Notes under the pieces: generated by a model | What the model was told of the DNA's origin: nothing | Seen by the model: only the letters and a program-made list of their open reading frames with translations | Database searches by the model: none | NCBI RefSeq assembly: GCF_000181795.1 | Contig: NW_003526945.1 | Coordinates: forward strand, 3,830,108-3,894,107 | Direction of reading: 5' to 3' | Length of the DNA stretch: 64,000 nucleotides | Source: Trichinella spiralis | Lineage: Eukaryota | Made by a program: the position numbers and the translations under genes | Shown here: positions 11,701 through 24,053 of the stretch, one piece after another | Layout: every line of letters starts with the position of its first letter | How positions within the stretch are numbered: position 1 is the first letter of the stretch

Positions 11701-14700
11701 TGTTTTTGTTTTTTCCCCTCTTCAGTTGCTCCTGTTTCAGATGGAAAATTGGACGAAGCCATGTTGAAAGCGTTGAAAAAAGCAAAAAATTCCACAAAGA
11801 GCAGCAGATCGGTACAGAAAGTTTATTGTCGCTTGGCAGAGGTGATTTCCGCGCTCGGGGAACTAGTGTCGATCCAGTCACTCACCGACACTACAGTACT
11901 GCAGGTACAGTAGGCGGGCAGTGCTTTTTAGGTTCTGGGAATTTTTGTTGTTGTTGTTGTTGATGTTTTCACGTAATTTCAGATGTCGTCGCTCGGGGTG
12001 AATTCATTTTTCGTTGAAAACATCAGCGACTTGCAGATGAGCTCGTTGAGGCTTTTGTCGACCGTGTTCGGCAGGTATGAAAAGCACCGGCAGTTGATTT
12101 TGGAAGAAATACTCGCCTCGTTGTACCGTTTGCCGACCGCAAAGCGCGGAATTCGCTCTTACAGGCAAGCGCCCAAAGCACTGATCCGTTCGACCGTTTA
12201 TTCATTCATTCGTTCGTTAGATTGAATTCGGAATGTTCCATACAAATGGTCACGGCGCTCATTATGCAACTGATGCAGACGATAATTTGCCACGCCCTGC
12301 GTGTGTCGGACGCCGACCATGCGGCGGGCGATTTGGAGAACCCCAGGACTGCCGCCGCGTTCGAGGATCGTCAGAAGCAGAAAGTGGCCGAAGAGGTTCG
12401 GTCGCGGGTGTTGACCGCTTACGAGGTGGCCATCCGGACGGCGCACAATTTTTTGTCCGTCTTTTTGAAAAAGTACCCACCACTAATAATAATAATGATG
12501 GTAAATGGCTATTTGTGAACTGTTGTCGTCGTTTCAGATGCACAACGAAATGTGAAGAGGATTACAAGTCGCTGTTCGAGGATTTCGTGCGCGACTTGTT
12601 GGCCGCGTTGAACAGACCCGAGTGGCCGGTCGCGGAACTGCTGCTCAAACTGCTCGGCACGGTGCTGCAGAAGCACTGCTCGTCCAAGCAGGGCGAGGTG
12701 AACACGCGCGTCGCCGCCCTCGAATATCTGGGCATGGTGGCTGCACGTATCCGCCGCGACGTCAAGCTTTCTGTGAACGAAGATGCCCTGCTTGGCGATT
12801 TGGTGCGCAAATTCACCGCCGATTCCAGCTTGTGCAATCCATTTGAAATTTACGCCAAAGACGACGAGGAAAATGGACAAGATGTTCAGGTTTGTTTGTT
12901 TAATTGTTTGTTTGTTTTTGCTCACTGATCATTGTTGTTGTTGTTGTTGTTGTTGAAGAAGGATGTGGAAGTGAAGAAAAAAGTATTGCAGAAAGCGTTG
13001 AATTTTTACTTGATGGATTTGCGCAGTCGTCATAATACTATAGAAGTATGAAGTTATATATGTTTTGCTTTGCAATTTGTATGGTGTAAGTGAAATTTTC
13101 CAGTTTGCTCGTCGATTTCACATTGCTCAGTGGATTCGTGATGTGAGCACCGAGCTTGATCGTAAATTGTCCAGCACCAAAGATGAAAATCGTTATGATG
13201 ACGGTATGGTATTTATTTGTTTGTCTATTTGTTCGCTCATCAGTTCTTTTCAGCCGATGACAGTTTGGCAAGTAAAACTGCCGCCGATCAGCAACGTCAT
13301 CAGGAGGCATTCCAGCGTGCCAACGAAGCCAAAGCGTTTCTTCTGTCGTTGATCGACGTCGACGACGACGTCTTCTCTTACGTCAAATTGAGGTACTTTT
13401 TTTTTATCACGTTGACACAGTCACGGTCACGGTTACGGTAGTTTTCGAAATCGGCCGCACAAAAATGCAAATTTTTCTTCACTTGCGCTCTTTTGGCTCA
13501 CGTTATTTTTTCTCGCCTACAGTAGTCAACTTTTTTCTCCTCTCATTTTCAGTGTTGTTTTTCCGTTCAAATTTTGTTCGCTTATCGTCATTTTATATTT
13601 TATTTTATCGTATTTTTTGAATTTAAATTATCTCAATTTGTTGTTGCATCATTTTTACTTTTTTGAAAATTACTGTAACTTCTTCTTCAAGTGTCAACGG
13701 TGGAAGACGACAGACAAAATCCGGTTTTTTGAATTGCCCTGCACGGCAAGTTCAAAATTTGCGCGTTCGTTGGGCGGGAAGTTTGTGTTCTTTTCTGTCA
13801 TTTTTGTAAAGTTGATTTGAATTTTTGTCCACCTTCTTTTTTGTTCAATTTGTCGTCTGTCCGTTTCTGTCGTCAGCGTCTTTTTGACTGTCTGTTTGTC
13901 TTTCTTTTTTTCAGACGTGAAGCGTTCATTTTGCACGAATCCCAAGCGATAAGCGTTGTTCGATTTTTGGCCCGCAAACGTCCACTGATGCAGAGCTTCG
14001 ACCGCTATTTGATTCAGGTGACACAACATTACTTTCAGTTTAAAGCAGAGGACGAAATTAACGGGCCGGCGGCTTTTCTGTGTTCAGATTATTCGTCTGA
14101 CCAACGACAGCGCCGTGGCCGTGCGCACGAAAGCGATGAAATGTCTGGCGGCGGCGGTTGAAATCGACCCCGAAGTTCTGTCCAGAGTATGGAGATTGAC
14201 GTTGTTCAGTTTTTTTTGGTTTTTGTTTTTTTTTCTACAATTTTTTCCATTCAAGACAATAGTACAGAAGAACGTTTTGAAAAAAGTGTTGGACCAGTCG
14301 TCGAACATGCGCGAAGCGGCCGTTGATCTGATCGGCAAGTTGTTGAATTTGAGACCGGACCTGTTGGAACAGTATTATTCAGTGTTGACCGAAAGACTGC
14401 TGGTCAGTTTTGAACAGATTTTGTGAAGATGAAATAAGCTCTTTTTTTTCGTCAACAGGACACCGGCGTCAGTGTACGCAAGCGGACCATACGCATTTTG
14501 AAAGAGGTCTGCGAACGGCGGCCCGATTTTGACAAAATTCCAGAAATCTGCAGTCGCATATTGAAGCGCACCAACGACGAAGAGTCGATTCTCAAGTTGA
14601 TCTGCGAGACATTCCACAGCATCTGGCTGACGCCGGCGCGCGACCACGACCCCGAAGCGATCATGAACAAAGTGGTGGCGATCATCGACGTGGTCAGCAT

Positions 14701-16201
14701 TTTCGGCCGCGAGGGTGGCCAATTTCAGCCGATCGAAACTCTGCTCAAGGCGTTGCTGAAAGACGTATCTGAAGAATCGAGCGTCTCGTTGGCGGCCAGG
14801 CAAATCATGCGCTGTCTGGTCGAACACGTGCTCGTGATCGAAGAGAAGCTCGTCGGTCAGTCAGTGATCATCGTCCAGGGCTTGTTTTCTTGTTCAAATC
14901 GCTTTGTTCTAGAGTCGAGCAACAGCAACAGCTACCAGCGTTTTTTGTCCTGCTTGTCCACCATCTGCGTGTTCAGCAAAGTCGAGCCGCGGTTGATGAT
15001 CCCCTACATAGAGACTATGCAGCCATATTTGTCGATGTCGTGCAGCAATTCGGCCGAACAGTCCGTCATGACTCAGGTGATCAAAATTATCGAATTGGTC
15101 GTGCCATTGATCGAACATCCGAGTCCGAAATTTCTCAAACAACTCGAGGTAAAAAAAAAACAAAAAAAAACTCTCCACTGTCCATCGCAGCTTGTTTGTC
15201 TCTCTATTTTAGGATGGTTTGTGCAAATTGATGTCCAAAGCCCAGCAGAACATTGTCCAAGCGTCCATCTCTTGTCTGTCTGTCATTCTTGGCATTACCA
15301 AGCATACGGAAGTGTTGCACGATGTATTTTTCAAATGTTTGAGTAAATGACTCGAATGAATAATACCTATGGAATATGCTAATGTTAACAATGGAATGAT
15401 GCAATTGTAGAAATTCTCGCGACCGCCAAGGATGAGATGAACAAAGCGGCAGCAGCATCAGTGACTACACGAAAGCCGCTGTTGACTCGATCGTTGTTCA
15501 CTTGTGGTGCTTTGTTTCGTTATTTCGACTTTGACATTATAATACAAACGGAAAATAAGAACAAAGTGAGCGAGCGTTGATGAATTTATTTTATGAATTC
15601 AAGTGGATACGTTGATCGTTTGATTTTTCAGGAACCCTGGAAAGAGCAGGCGTTTCAGTTGTTGTTGGCTTTTACACGCCACCGTGAAGAAGATTTGAAA
15701 CGAAAAGCATTTGTTTCAATTGGTCAGTTTTTGTTTTCTTTTTTCTTTTGTTTTTGGAAATATAGCTTCAATAATTTCTTCTGCTTCAGGTTTATTTTGC
15801 GTTCATTATTCGGATTATTTGCTGCGCACAGAATTGAAAGAATTGTATCAGAATATTCTCACCGATCCGGAATCAGAAATTAACGTTCGCACGCAAGTGT
15901 TGCGAAATTTGGAAAGCTTTTTGAATGAAGAAGAGCGCAAAATGTTGAACAGTTATGCAACTTGTGAGTTTTTTTCCTTCTTTTTTTTTGCTCTGTTCGG
16001 CTTTATTTTTACGCACCTTCTTTTCAGGGGAAGCAAACAGAAAAGTGGAAAATTTGAAAGAAATGGGCGAAACTACATCCGGGTATGTTATTACAGACGG
16101 GAGAAGATCTGTGCATGATGCATATATTATTCATTTTTGATATTGTGTGGAAATGATTTTTTCTCTACTTGTGTTTTGTACAAATTTAGCAAATGCTATT
16201 C

Positions 16202-16234
<33 letters not shown>

Positions 16235-19200
16235 GAGTGATCGCATTGGGAATTCAATAATTTGATTTGTTTTTTTTTCAGTCTGAGCAGTTCTGTAATT
16301 CAGTGCTATTTGCCGGGCGTGTTGAATTGCTACTTCAACAGGGATCAGACGGTTCGAACCGTGGCCAGCGAGGTTGTATTGCTAACTTTGCAACAAGGTT
16401 TAGTTCATCCTGGTCAAGTAAGTGTTGATTTGTTTGTTTGTTTGTTTGTTTGTTTGGTTGATTGGTTGGTTGGTTTTCTTGTTGGTCAGCTCTAGCGAGG
16501 CGCAAAAAGAAAAAAGCACTTTAATTTCTTTTACGATTATTCACCTTTTCATCATTTCTTTTCTGGTGCAAAAGTACTACTCGTGAGTTTTCTTCATCTT
16601 CGTCTAGTTTTTTAATTTTATTGAGATTAATTATTTTCGACAAATAATGATTGCCTTATGCAAAGTATGCATGCAACGCGATAATGGTGCAGAACAAACA
16701 ATTCCATTAGCTGTAGCGAATTGATCATGTACAAACAAAGCAAATTTGCATTGATTGATATGTACAATATGTGTGTATGTGTAAGAAGAAAATTGATTGA
16801 ACTTGTATCCCCTCTCGGTTCTGGCATACGAAAAACTCTAGTAGCAATTGTCTATTATGTGGGCGGTGTCGGCAGTAGTGGTGGGAGTCAGCGGTTGGTC
16901 GTCGTCAGTGGAGCTGAACGCTAGTTGTGTCGACGACGAAGAGACAGAAGATGCTTCTTTGTCCAGTAGCTCGTAGATGGCCGGCTGTTGCGGGCCAATG
17001 TCCAACAGTACGGCGCTGCAGCAGAGCGTGGTGAATTGGAAGAAGAGCGCGAGAATTTCGGCGGCCGTGGTCACTGCCCAGGTGACGCCCAAGTGGGCCA
17101 GGTTGCGATAGTCGATTTGGACGAAAATATCGACGATGCGTACCAACGCGATGCCCAGTATGGCGGTCGTTTTCATCGGCTTCCGGTGCAGCGGTTCGCC
17201 GCTGGCCAACAACAGCTGCGCGGCCGGTAGCACGGTCAGCATCATGCTCAGCGTGGTCCGGCGGATGGTGTTGTGTATAACGTAGAGCGGGTGTGTCCGC
17301 AGGGGGTTGCGTTCGTCGGTCAACAAACATACCGCGTACACGATCACACCGGCGGCAAGTTGGGCATAAGCGACGTATTTGATTATTCGTTCGGCTTTTT
17401 GTTGCTGTTGCTGTTGTTGCTGTTGTTGTTGTTGTTGCTGCTGCTGCTGCTGATGGGAGGAATACTGCTGCTCTTGGTGATGTTGATCAGTGGTCACCAG
17501 TGAACACAGACGACCAAAGATGAACGCGCCGGCGATGGAGGCGACCAGCACGAGCGCAGCCAGGGTAGCTTCGGCAAAGTGGAGTAAACTGCCCGCGCGT
17601 TGTACCTTGTACGTGCACCGGTGACGGGCGTAGAAGAACAAATCGCACAACTGCGTACCAAAGTATTCGTTCGTCGACAAGTACAAATAGGCCAACACGT
17701 GGAACATGGCGGCGTGGAAGCTGAAAATCAACAGCACGCAAACGACAGGCATCTGGTGGTATGTGCCAATGCCGAGTCGGCTGGTGCCGACGGCGCTGAC
17801 CGTGGACAAGCACAACAAGCCGGCCGGCAGCAGGTAGAACGGCAGTTTCTGTTCTCCCGGGTAGAACAAGTTGTGGAAAGAGCCGGCGAGCGCGTTGTGC
17901 AAATCGACCGCGCCGAACAGCAGGCCGGCCAGCGTCAAGCCGGCGCCCAGTGCTAGCAATAGCCGGCGGAGGGCGTTGTCGATCCGGAATCGGATGCGCG
18001 CCGTCGGCCATCCCAACAGTCGGCCCAGACGCAGCGAGACGGCGCAGGCGAGCGGCAGCCGGGCGCCGGCGGCGAGCAAGTTGGCGTAGAGCAGCGGGTG
18101 GGGTTTCAGAGTGAGCGCGGTCAGTTCGGCCAGTTGCACGGTCAACAGCCAGCGGTAGTCGAGCCACAGGTACTGGACGGTCGGGTAGCAGCCGGCCAGT
18201 AGCAGCGTCAGGGCGCAGCAGGCGCAAGGTCGGCTTCCGTTGCGGCCCACCGCGGCAGTTAGCAGGCCGGTGAGCGTGTGGACCAGCTCCCAGACCGGCT
18301 CGTCCATGGTATAGTTGAGGAACAGGTAGCGAGCGGAGTCGCCGAGCGTCGAAAGCCAGCGCACCTCGAGCGCCCAGAGGATCAGTTTCGCGACGCCGAT
18401 GGCGACCAGCGCCAGGCCTCCGGCGGTCAGGGCCAAGCCCTTGGCTTGGTCGACGGTCGTTGGCTGCTGGTTGACGCGCGCCAGGCGTTGGCGCAGTTCG
18501 ACCAGGGCGATCGAGACGCCGACCAACGCCGCCAGGCCGGTGGCCATGTCGACCACGTTGTACGCGACCAGCGTTTTGTAGGGAAGTTGGGACAGTTGTT
18601 GGGTGTGGCCATCGCTGACCGGCGCCCAGCGCAGTTTGCCAGTGGCGTGCAGGTTGTAGCCGTCGAAAAGCAGCGCGCCCAATGCGACGAAGCAGGCCAC
18701 CGAGTCCACGCACGCGCACGTGTACAAGTAGAAATTGACGCCCACTCTGTCGACAAGTATTGTACTGCCGCCGGCCAGCAAATATACGCACGTGATCCAG
18801 TGCGTGTTGACGTACTGGGCTAGGAGATGGCTTTTCACGGCCTCCAACGCCGTGGCCACGCAGGCGTTGGCCAACGCCACCAGACCGCAGCCCAGCAATA
18901 GCCATCCGCACCACTGCATTCGATTGTTCATCACCGTCATCGCCTCTTTATTCTTGTTCTTGTTCTCGAACACTGAACTCAACGAGTCTCGAGTTTGTTC
19001 GAACAAACAGCTAGTGTCCATTTTTCACACTCCAAGGGGCAGAAAAATAATTGTCTGTCTTTGTGATAGGACGACGGACTTTTTTTTTCTATCTTCTGTA
19101 TTATTAACTAACAGCGGTAGTGTTGCAGTTGTTGTAGGTGTAATTAATCATTCTTGTTGTTGGGAATGATTGAGGATCCAACAGCAGCGGTAGTAGTAGT

Positions 19201-20380
19201 AGTAGTACTAGTAGTAATAGACGTGTATGTTAAAGTAGCGTGCAGTGAGAGAATAGCAGTTGTTGGTTGCATGGTTGTTTCAACCGGGTTAAAACTGATC
19301 CCAGTATACTGTGACTTGCTTACTGACTGACGTCCAACAGCAGCACACACTGGTAGTATTAGAATTAATATCAGTAGTAGTAGTAGTAGTAGTAGTGTGT
19401 TATTTATGTGTTCTTTTTTGTGTTGCTGCTGTTCTTCTACTTCTTCTTCTACTTCTTCTTCTTCTTATTCTTCTTCAATTTATCTCTACGACGACCAGTT
19501 TGGTTGAATTGAGCTTGTCAGTCAGTATGATGCGACCGACCCTGCCAAACTCGGCCAACTCGGTTGTAGTTGTTGTTGTCGATGTTGTTGATGCTGCTTT
19601 TACTATTTGTTGTACAATGTTGACTCCGGTTGTTACCGTTGCACTTGTTTTTCACGTACCACCACCGTAAGAACCGTAACCGTCGTCGTGCTGCTGGACA
19701 GTCGTTTGCGCTTAAGCGAAACTTATCATTACCGGTTGGATCTTTGAAAACTGTCCATCAGTTAATTTTTCACAAATTAACAACATTATTCCGTTCGTCT
19801 GTTTGTAGTTCTGATCTGATCTGATCTGATTTGATTTGATTTAATCTAATCTAATCTGATCTGATCTGTTTCCTTCCTTCTTTTCTTACTTTCTTCCTTG
19901 CTGCTGCTTGTCTTTAATTTTTGAAATTGACTTCAACTACTTGTCAGCAGACCCGTGGCGACATCAGTGGAAAAATATTTTTCCCCTCTCGGTGATTATT
20001 TATTTGTGCGCGCGTTTTGCGCTTGTCGACTGCCATTCGCTATCGCTTGCATCATCTGACCGATAAAAGTATCGTCTCATTCGCTGCCGATTGTTCTTCG
20101 TCTTTTCCACGACAACGCGCATCCCACGCACTTAATTTACTCCAACACAGTTGCGCTGGAAAACTTTTTCGCTCGATCAATTATGCTAATTTTTTTCAAT
20201 TGTTCAAATATCAATTCGACCGACATATTTAACATTGAAAACGAAAAATGTCTTTTGAGAATTGGCTCGAAGGCACAGCGCGATTTGTTTCAAAAATAAT
20301 TTTCTTCTTCTTTTTTTTATTTTTATTTTTTTAAATTTCATCTACAGTCTATAAATATGCACGTTTGCCAATTTCAACAA

Positions 20381-20414
<34 letters not shown>

Positions 20415-23400
20415 CAAATATTCTGTTATCAGTGCAGGCGAGTGGAGCAATTTTTGCATAATTTATTTCACGATACGGGGCAGCAGTAGCGGGGAGGTCG
20501 CTGCTGAATTTTGAATTGAACAATTTCGTTTCCCCAGCGCACGTTTCGAAAGCTTGAACAACAGCATCAGTACATCATTGTTGACCTGCACAGACACACA
20601 CGGACACGCACAGGCACACTTGGCCGATTTTCGAATGTTTAGCTGTTGAAAAATGCAAACTTTCTGGAAAATTTTTACTGAAATTTAATACCATTATTAC
20701 TGTGCATGTACTGTTGATCTCAGTCACGCAACTACCGTACACTGTGGCCGTGTGTGTGCTTCGCAGTTTTCTTTTGTTTCTTGTTTTTTTTTCGAAAACA
20801 TCCCGTTCGTAATATTAAAAAAAACAAAGAAATCTCTGTACACAGAGCAAGAATAAGCCCAATTTTGGAAAAATGTCAAGGCCAAGGTAGCGTTCTTAAT
20901 TCTCTCTCTCTCTCTCTCTTTTTCTCTTCTCATTGATGCAATTTGCACATTTTCATCATTCGGTGTGAAATTGCAGTCAAAATTTTAGTCACGGTGCAAT
21001 TGCCACCAGCAATCAAATCAAACCAAACCAAACCAGACGAAACGAAATGCAAAAAATGAAGGAAATATGCACAGAGTAGCAACAAAATATTTAAAAAATG
21101 AAAAATCAAACAGAAAAAAAACCATGCGTGCATGCATGCATGCAAATTTTTTAAAATTTGATTTGCTCGAAAACAATTGAACGTTTGTAGTGTATACCGT
21201 GCGTGGTGGCGATGACGACGGACCCGTATGGCGAGATACGAGCGAAGGCGGAGAAAATTTTGAAAGAAATCGACGGACGATACGGCGGTTTTCTGCAGGT
21301 TGGTGTTGTATTAATTTAAAATGCCAAGCGGTTCCACTGGTCCTGTTGTTTGCAGATCAAAGCTCTCGAAGGTATTCGACACAGCTATCGTTTGCAGTCG
21401 ATTCTGCAGTCTGTAGCCAGCAGTAGTGAACTTGTGCGCGGCTTCCGCGACCAGGATACTTGCGACGCGTTGAACAGTGCGCTGTACACAATCCTGAGAA
21501 ATAGCAGGCAACAGCGGCGTGCGTTGCTCAGATCCATGCTTCATTTGTTCGACGAAATCGGGGTACCAACAATTTCCTCCTCTCTACAATGATCAATAAT
21601 GCATATTGCTGCAATTGTTATATTTTATTTTTGAAGAAAACATCACTGAAAGAACTCATCTACGTTGCCGACAATTTGGCCAATTTTCCATATCATACAC
21701 TTGAAGAACCGTTGTTTGTGATACACAACAGTGATCTTATCGTCTCAGTGAACGGTTCCATTTTGTTGCAAAATTTCAAAGATGTAGTTTTGTTCGTCTT
21801 TTTGTTACAAAATATTGGGCGAATTATTTTTTGTAGAATTTGTTGGAATTGCCACAGCTGGACGATGACGAAGATGAGGAAGAAACGTTAGAAGAAATTA
21901 TGAGTAAGTGATCATAAGAAGCAAGCACGATTTAAATTGTCAGTGTTCGTTTGGGGTTTGATTGATTGAGTGCCATTTCTTTCTTTCTTCTTTTTTTTTT
22001 GTTAGGTCGTTTACCAGTGGACCTCAAACCGTTGAAAGAATGCATTGACGCTAGTCAAGGTTGTGTGATGTTGTTGATGTTGAATCAGTATTTGAAAGAT
22101 TCCTTTTCCATCTCGGACAGGTTAGTTGTTGGTTATTTATTGCTTTACAGATTTGTGTTTTTCACTGTTCACTGACTGTTATCTGTTTCTAGTAAGTTGC
22201 AAGAGTTTTCGATCAGTGATCCGAACAAATATCAAAAAGGCGTTACGAGGCGCAACATTGGTCCGTTCAAACCCAAATTCGCGATTCAATATCTCAAAAG
22301 GGAAACCACCGGCTCGACAAGTTCGGCTAATGATGCGCACATGCTTTGCAAACTGTACATGGATGTAATGGATTTTTATTATTCCAACAAAATGTACAGT
22401 TAAATCTTTACCGTTTCTGTTTGTTTTTCAAGTTTAAGCAACTGATGATGTCGTTTGACATCTCTTCCAACGCAGAAGACACGAATGCCACCAGTGGAGC
22501 AGTGGACAGGTTGTCCAGCTCTGAAGATAGTATTCCATTTTCAGACGACTTTTGTGACAGACGATCGGACAGCAGTACGCACGCGGATTCAAGTTTTGCA
22601 TCGTCTAACAGTGGAGATCAACAGCAACGAATTGTACTCACTATTCACCGTCTCGACGCAAACAAAATGGTATGTATCACTTTTTTTGTTTCCATTAACA
22701 CATATGTCGGTGGGCATGATAGGGCTGTCACGTTATTTCTTTATTCTTTCGGAGGGGGGATTAGGTTGGGTTGGGTTGGGTTGGGTTGAGGGGGATGGGA
22801 GCTGGATTTCATCCATGTTCCACTTGTGTGTCACATATTGCTGAAAAATATTATTGCCGATTGTTATCATTGTGGTATTTTTGTACAACTGGTTCAACAT
22901 GGTCCTTGGCGACTGACTGACTGACATGTCTGATTTTTCGATGAGACAAATTCTGGGGCTTCAGTTCAATCTCATCATTGTGTACTTACTTGTTCGTCAT
23001 GTAGATGGTAGAGGAAAAGGAAATTGAACTAAACTGTCCGTCTGTCATTGCGAATAACAGCAATTGAACATCACTGCAGAAAGAAGAATAAATGATCAGC
23101 TCAATGAACGCTTCATTGCACAAAAAGAATTTGCCGCGAATTGTTTCCAAGTGATGGTGATGATGATAATGATGATTATCATTATAGTAAGTTTTGTGCC
23201 ACCCAGTCACACCGCACATCACCATCTGCTTTGAAAAACTGGTCGGTCGCCTGCTTGCTACTACCTGTCACTCTCATCGATGAAATTTTTCATTTTTATC
23301 CTTTCCAAGATAATTTTTTTTCGTTTTGGAAGCGGGCTTTGTTTTTCTGTAATGTACCCACTTCCCCCTTGTCCCACCCTTCGACTGACAGACAGCTAAG

Positions 23401-24053
23401 CTGAGCTGAACTATCACACATACTTGATTCAATATTGAGTAATGTGAATTGTAAATTTGTACAAATTACAAAAAAGCTGATTGATTATCTTGCAGAAGAA
23501 TGATAACATCTACGCGGATATGATACGGCCGGTTAAGGCGCCGACTTCGGCTTTTGCTGTTAGCATGGGACCGAAAGGTGGTCATTCTTCGTCCGGAAAA
23601 CGCAAGAAACTTTCTTCCTCTGCGGTGATCTCACCGAAAAAATTAAAGAAGAGAAAGCGAGTGATTATATCCGATTCGGATTTGGAGGACAATTCTTCTG
23701 ACGACAACGATGAAGAACAGCAAATATTACTGCTACAGCAGCAGCAGCAGCAGCAGCAAGAGCAACAACTACAGCAGCAGCAGTTACAGCAACAGCAACA
23801 GTTACAGCAGCAACAACAGCTACATCAACAGCACCAGATACTGCTGCAACAACAGCAACAGCAACAGCAACAACTATTACTGCAACAACAGCAGCAACAG
23901 TTACAGCAGTTGCAACACTTGCAGCACCTGCAGCAACAGCAACAACAACTACAACAACTGCAGCAGATACAACTACAACTACATCAGCAACAGCAACAAC
24001 AACAGCAGCAACACTACCACCACCACCACCACCACCACCAGTATCAGCACTGA
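8774..24053 (+). CDS. NIPBL: Nipped-B/NIPBL/Scc2 cohesin loader (C. elegans pqn-85/scc-2 ortholog), >30 exons
   Basis: N-terminal exons 8774-8840, ~8926-9100 and ~9166-9301 give MNQQCNTYLVPANIFCGLIPIP..LLPLP..CLLFHLKVYYEAVKCL..SLCKTSVDH..LKKN, resembling the NIPBL MAU2-binding N-terminus. HEAT-region motifs: MPKQVYIEDAIERI, YEKHRQLILEEILASL, IQMVTALIMQL, LNRPEWPVAELLL, AVRTKAMKCL, DTGVSVRKR, QGLVHPGQ|CIPCVVAMTTDP, YVADNLANFPYHTLEEPLFVI. The last exon (~23496-24053) is a basic/polyQ tail. Confidence 0.95.
16838..19021 (-). CDS. Nested single-exon ORF, 727-aa polytopic membrane protein (~16 TM, four tandem 4-TM modules), inside Nipped-B intron 16418-21190
   Basis: Uninterrupted 2.18-kb GC-rich ATG ORF with regular hydrophobic segments and a polyQ linker. 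Candidate minus-strand AATAAA at ~16617-16622. The host intron's donor (16418) and acceptor (21190) are fixed by NIPBL homology on both sides. Confidence 0.85.
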   Translation of the reverse strand: MDTSCLFEQTRDSLSSVFENKNKNKEAMTVMNNRMQWCGWLLLGCGLVALANACVATALEAVKSHLLAQYVNTHWITCVYLLAGGSTILVDRVGVNFYLYTCACVDSVACFVALGALLFDGYNLHATGKLRWAPVSDGHTQQLSQLPYKTLVAYNVVDMATGLAALVGVSIALVELRQRLARVNQQPTTVDQAKGLALTAGGLALVAIGVAKLILWALEVRWLSTLGDSARYLFLNYTMDEPVWELVHTLTGLLTAAVGRNGSRPCACCALTLLLAGCYPTVQYLWLDYRWLLTVQLAELTALTLKPHPLLYANLLAAGARLPLACAVSLRLGRLLGWPTARIRFRIDNALRRLLLALGAGLTLAGLLFGAVDLHNALAGSFHNLFYPGEQKLPFYLLPAGLLCLSTVSAVGTSRLGIGTYHQMPVVCVLLIFSFHAAMFHVLAYLYLSTNEYFGTQLCDLFFYARHRCTYKVQRAGSLLHFAEATLAALVLVASIAGAFIFGRLCSLVTTDQHHQEQQYSSHQQQQQQQQQQQQQQQQQQKAERIIKYVAYAQLAAGVIVYAVCLLTDERNPLRTHPLYVIHNTIRRTTLSMMLTVLPAAQLLLASGEPLHRKPMKTTAILGIALVRIVDIFVQIDYRNLAHLGVTWAVTTAAEILALFFQFTTLCCSAVLLDIGPQQPAIYELLDKEASSVSSSSTQLAFSSTDDDQPLTPTTTADTAHIIDNCY
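19811..19868. repeat. Degenerate pentanucleotide microsatellite (CTGAT/TTGAT/CTAAT)n
   Basis: Direct reading: ctgatctgatctgatctgatttgatttgatttaatctaatctaatctgatctgatctg. Confidence 0.85.
20384..20413. repeat. (GT)n microsatellite
   Basis: About 15 GT units read directly. Confidence 0.9.
23716..24050 (+). repeat. CAG/CAA/CAC trinucleotide repeat encoding the polyQ and polyH C-terminal tail of Nipped-B
   Basis: ORF 23481-24053 ends in ~110 aa of Q-rich sequence followed by HHHHHHH. Confidence 0.9.

Noticed and set aside
17487..18914. 475-aa Arg/Gly/Pro-rich ORF overlapping the nested gene
   Set aside because: Alternative frame of a high-GC3 CDS with typical off-frame composition.
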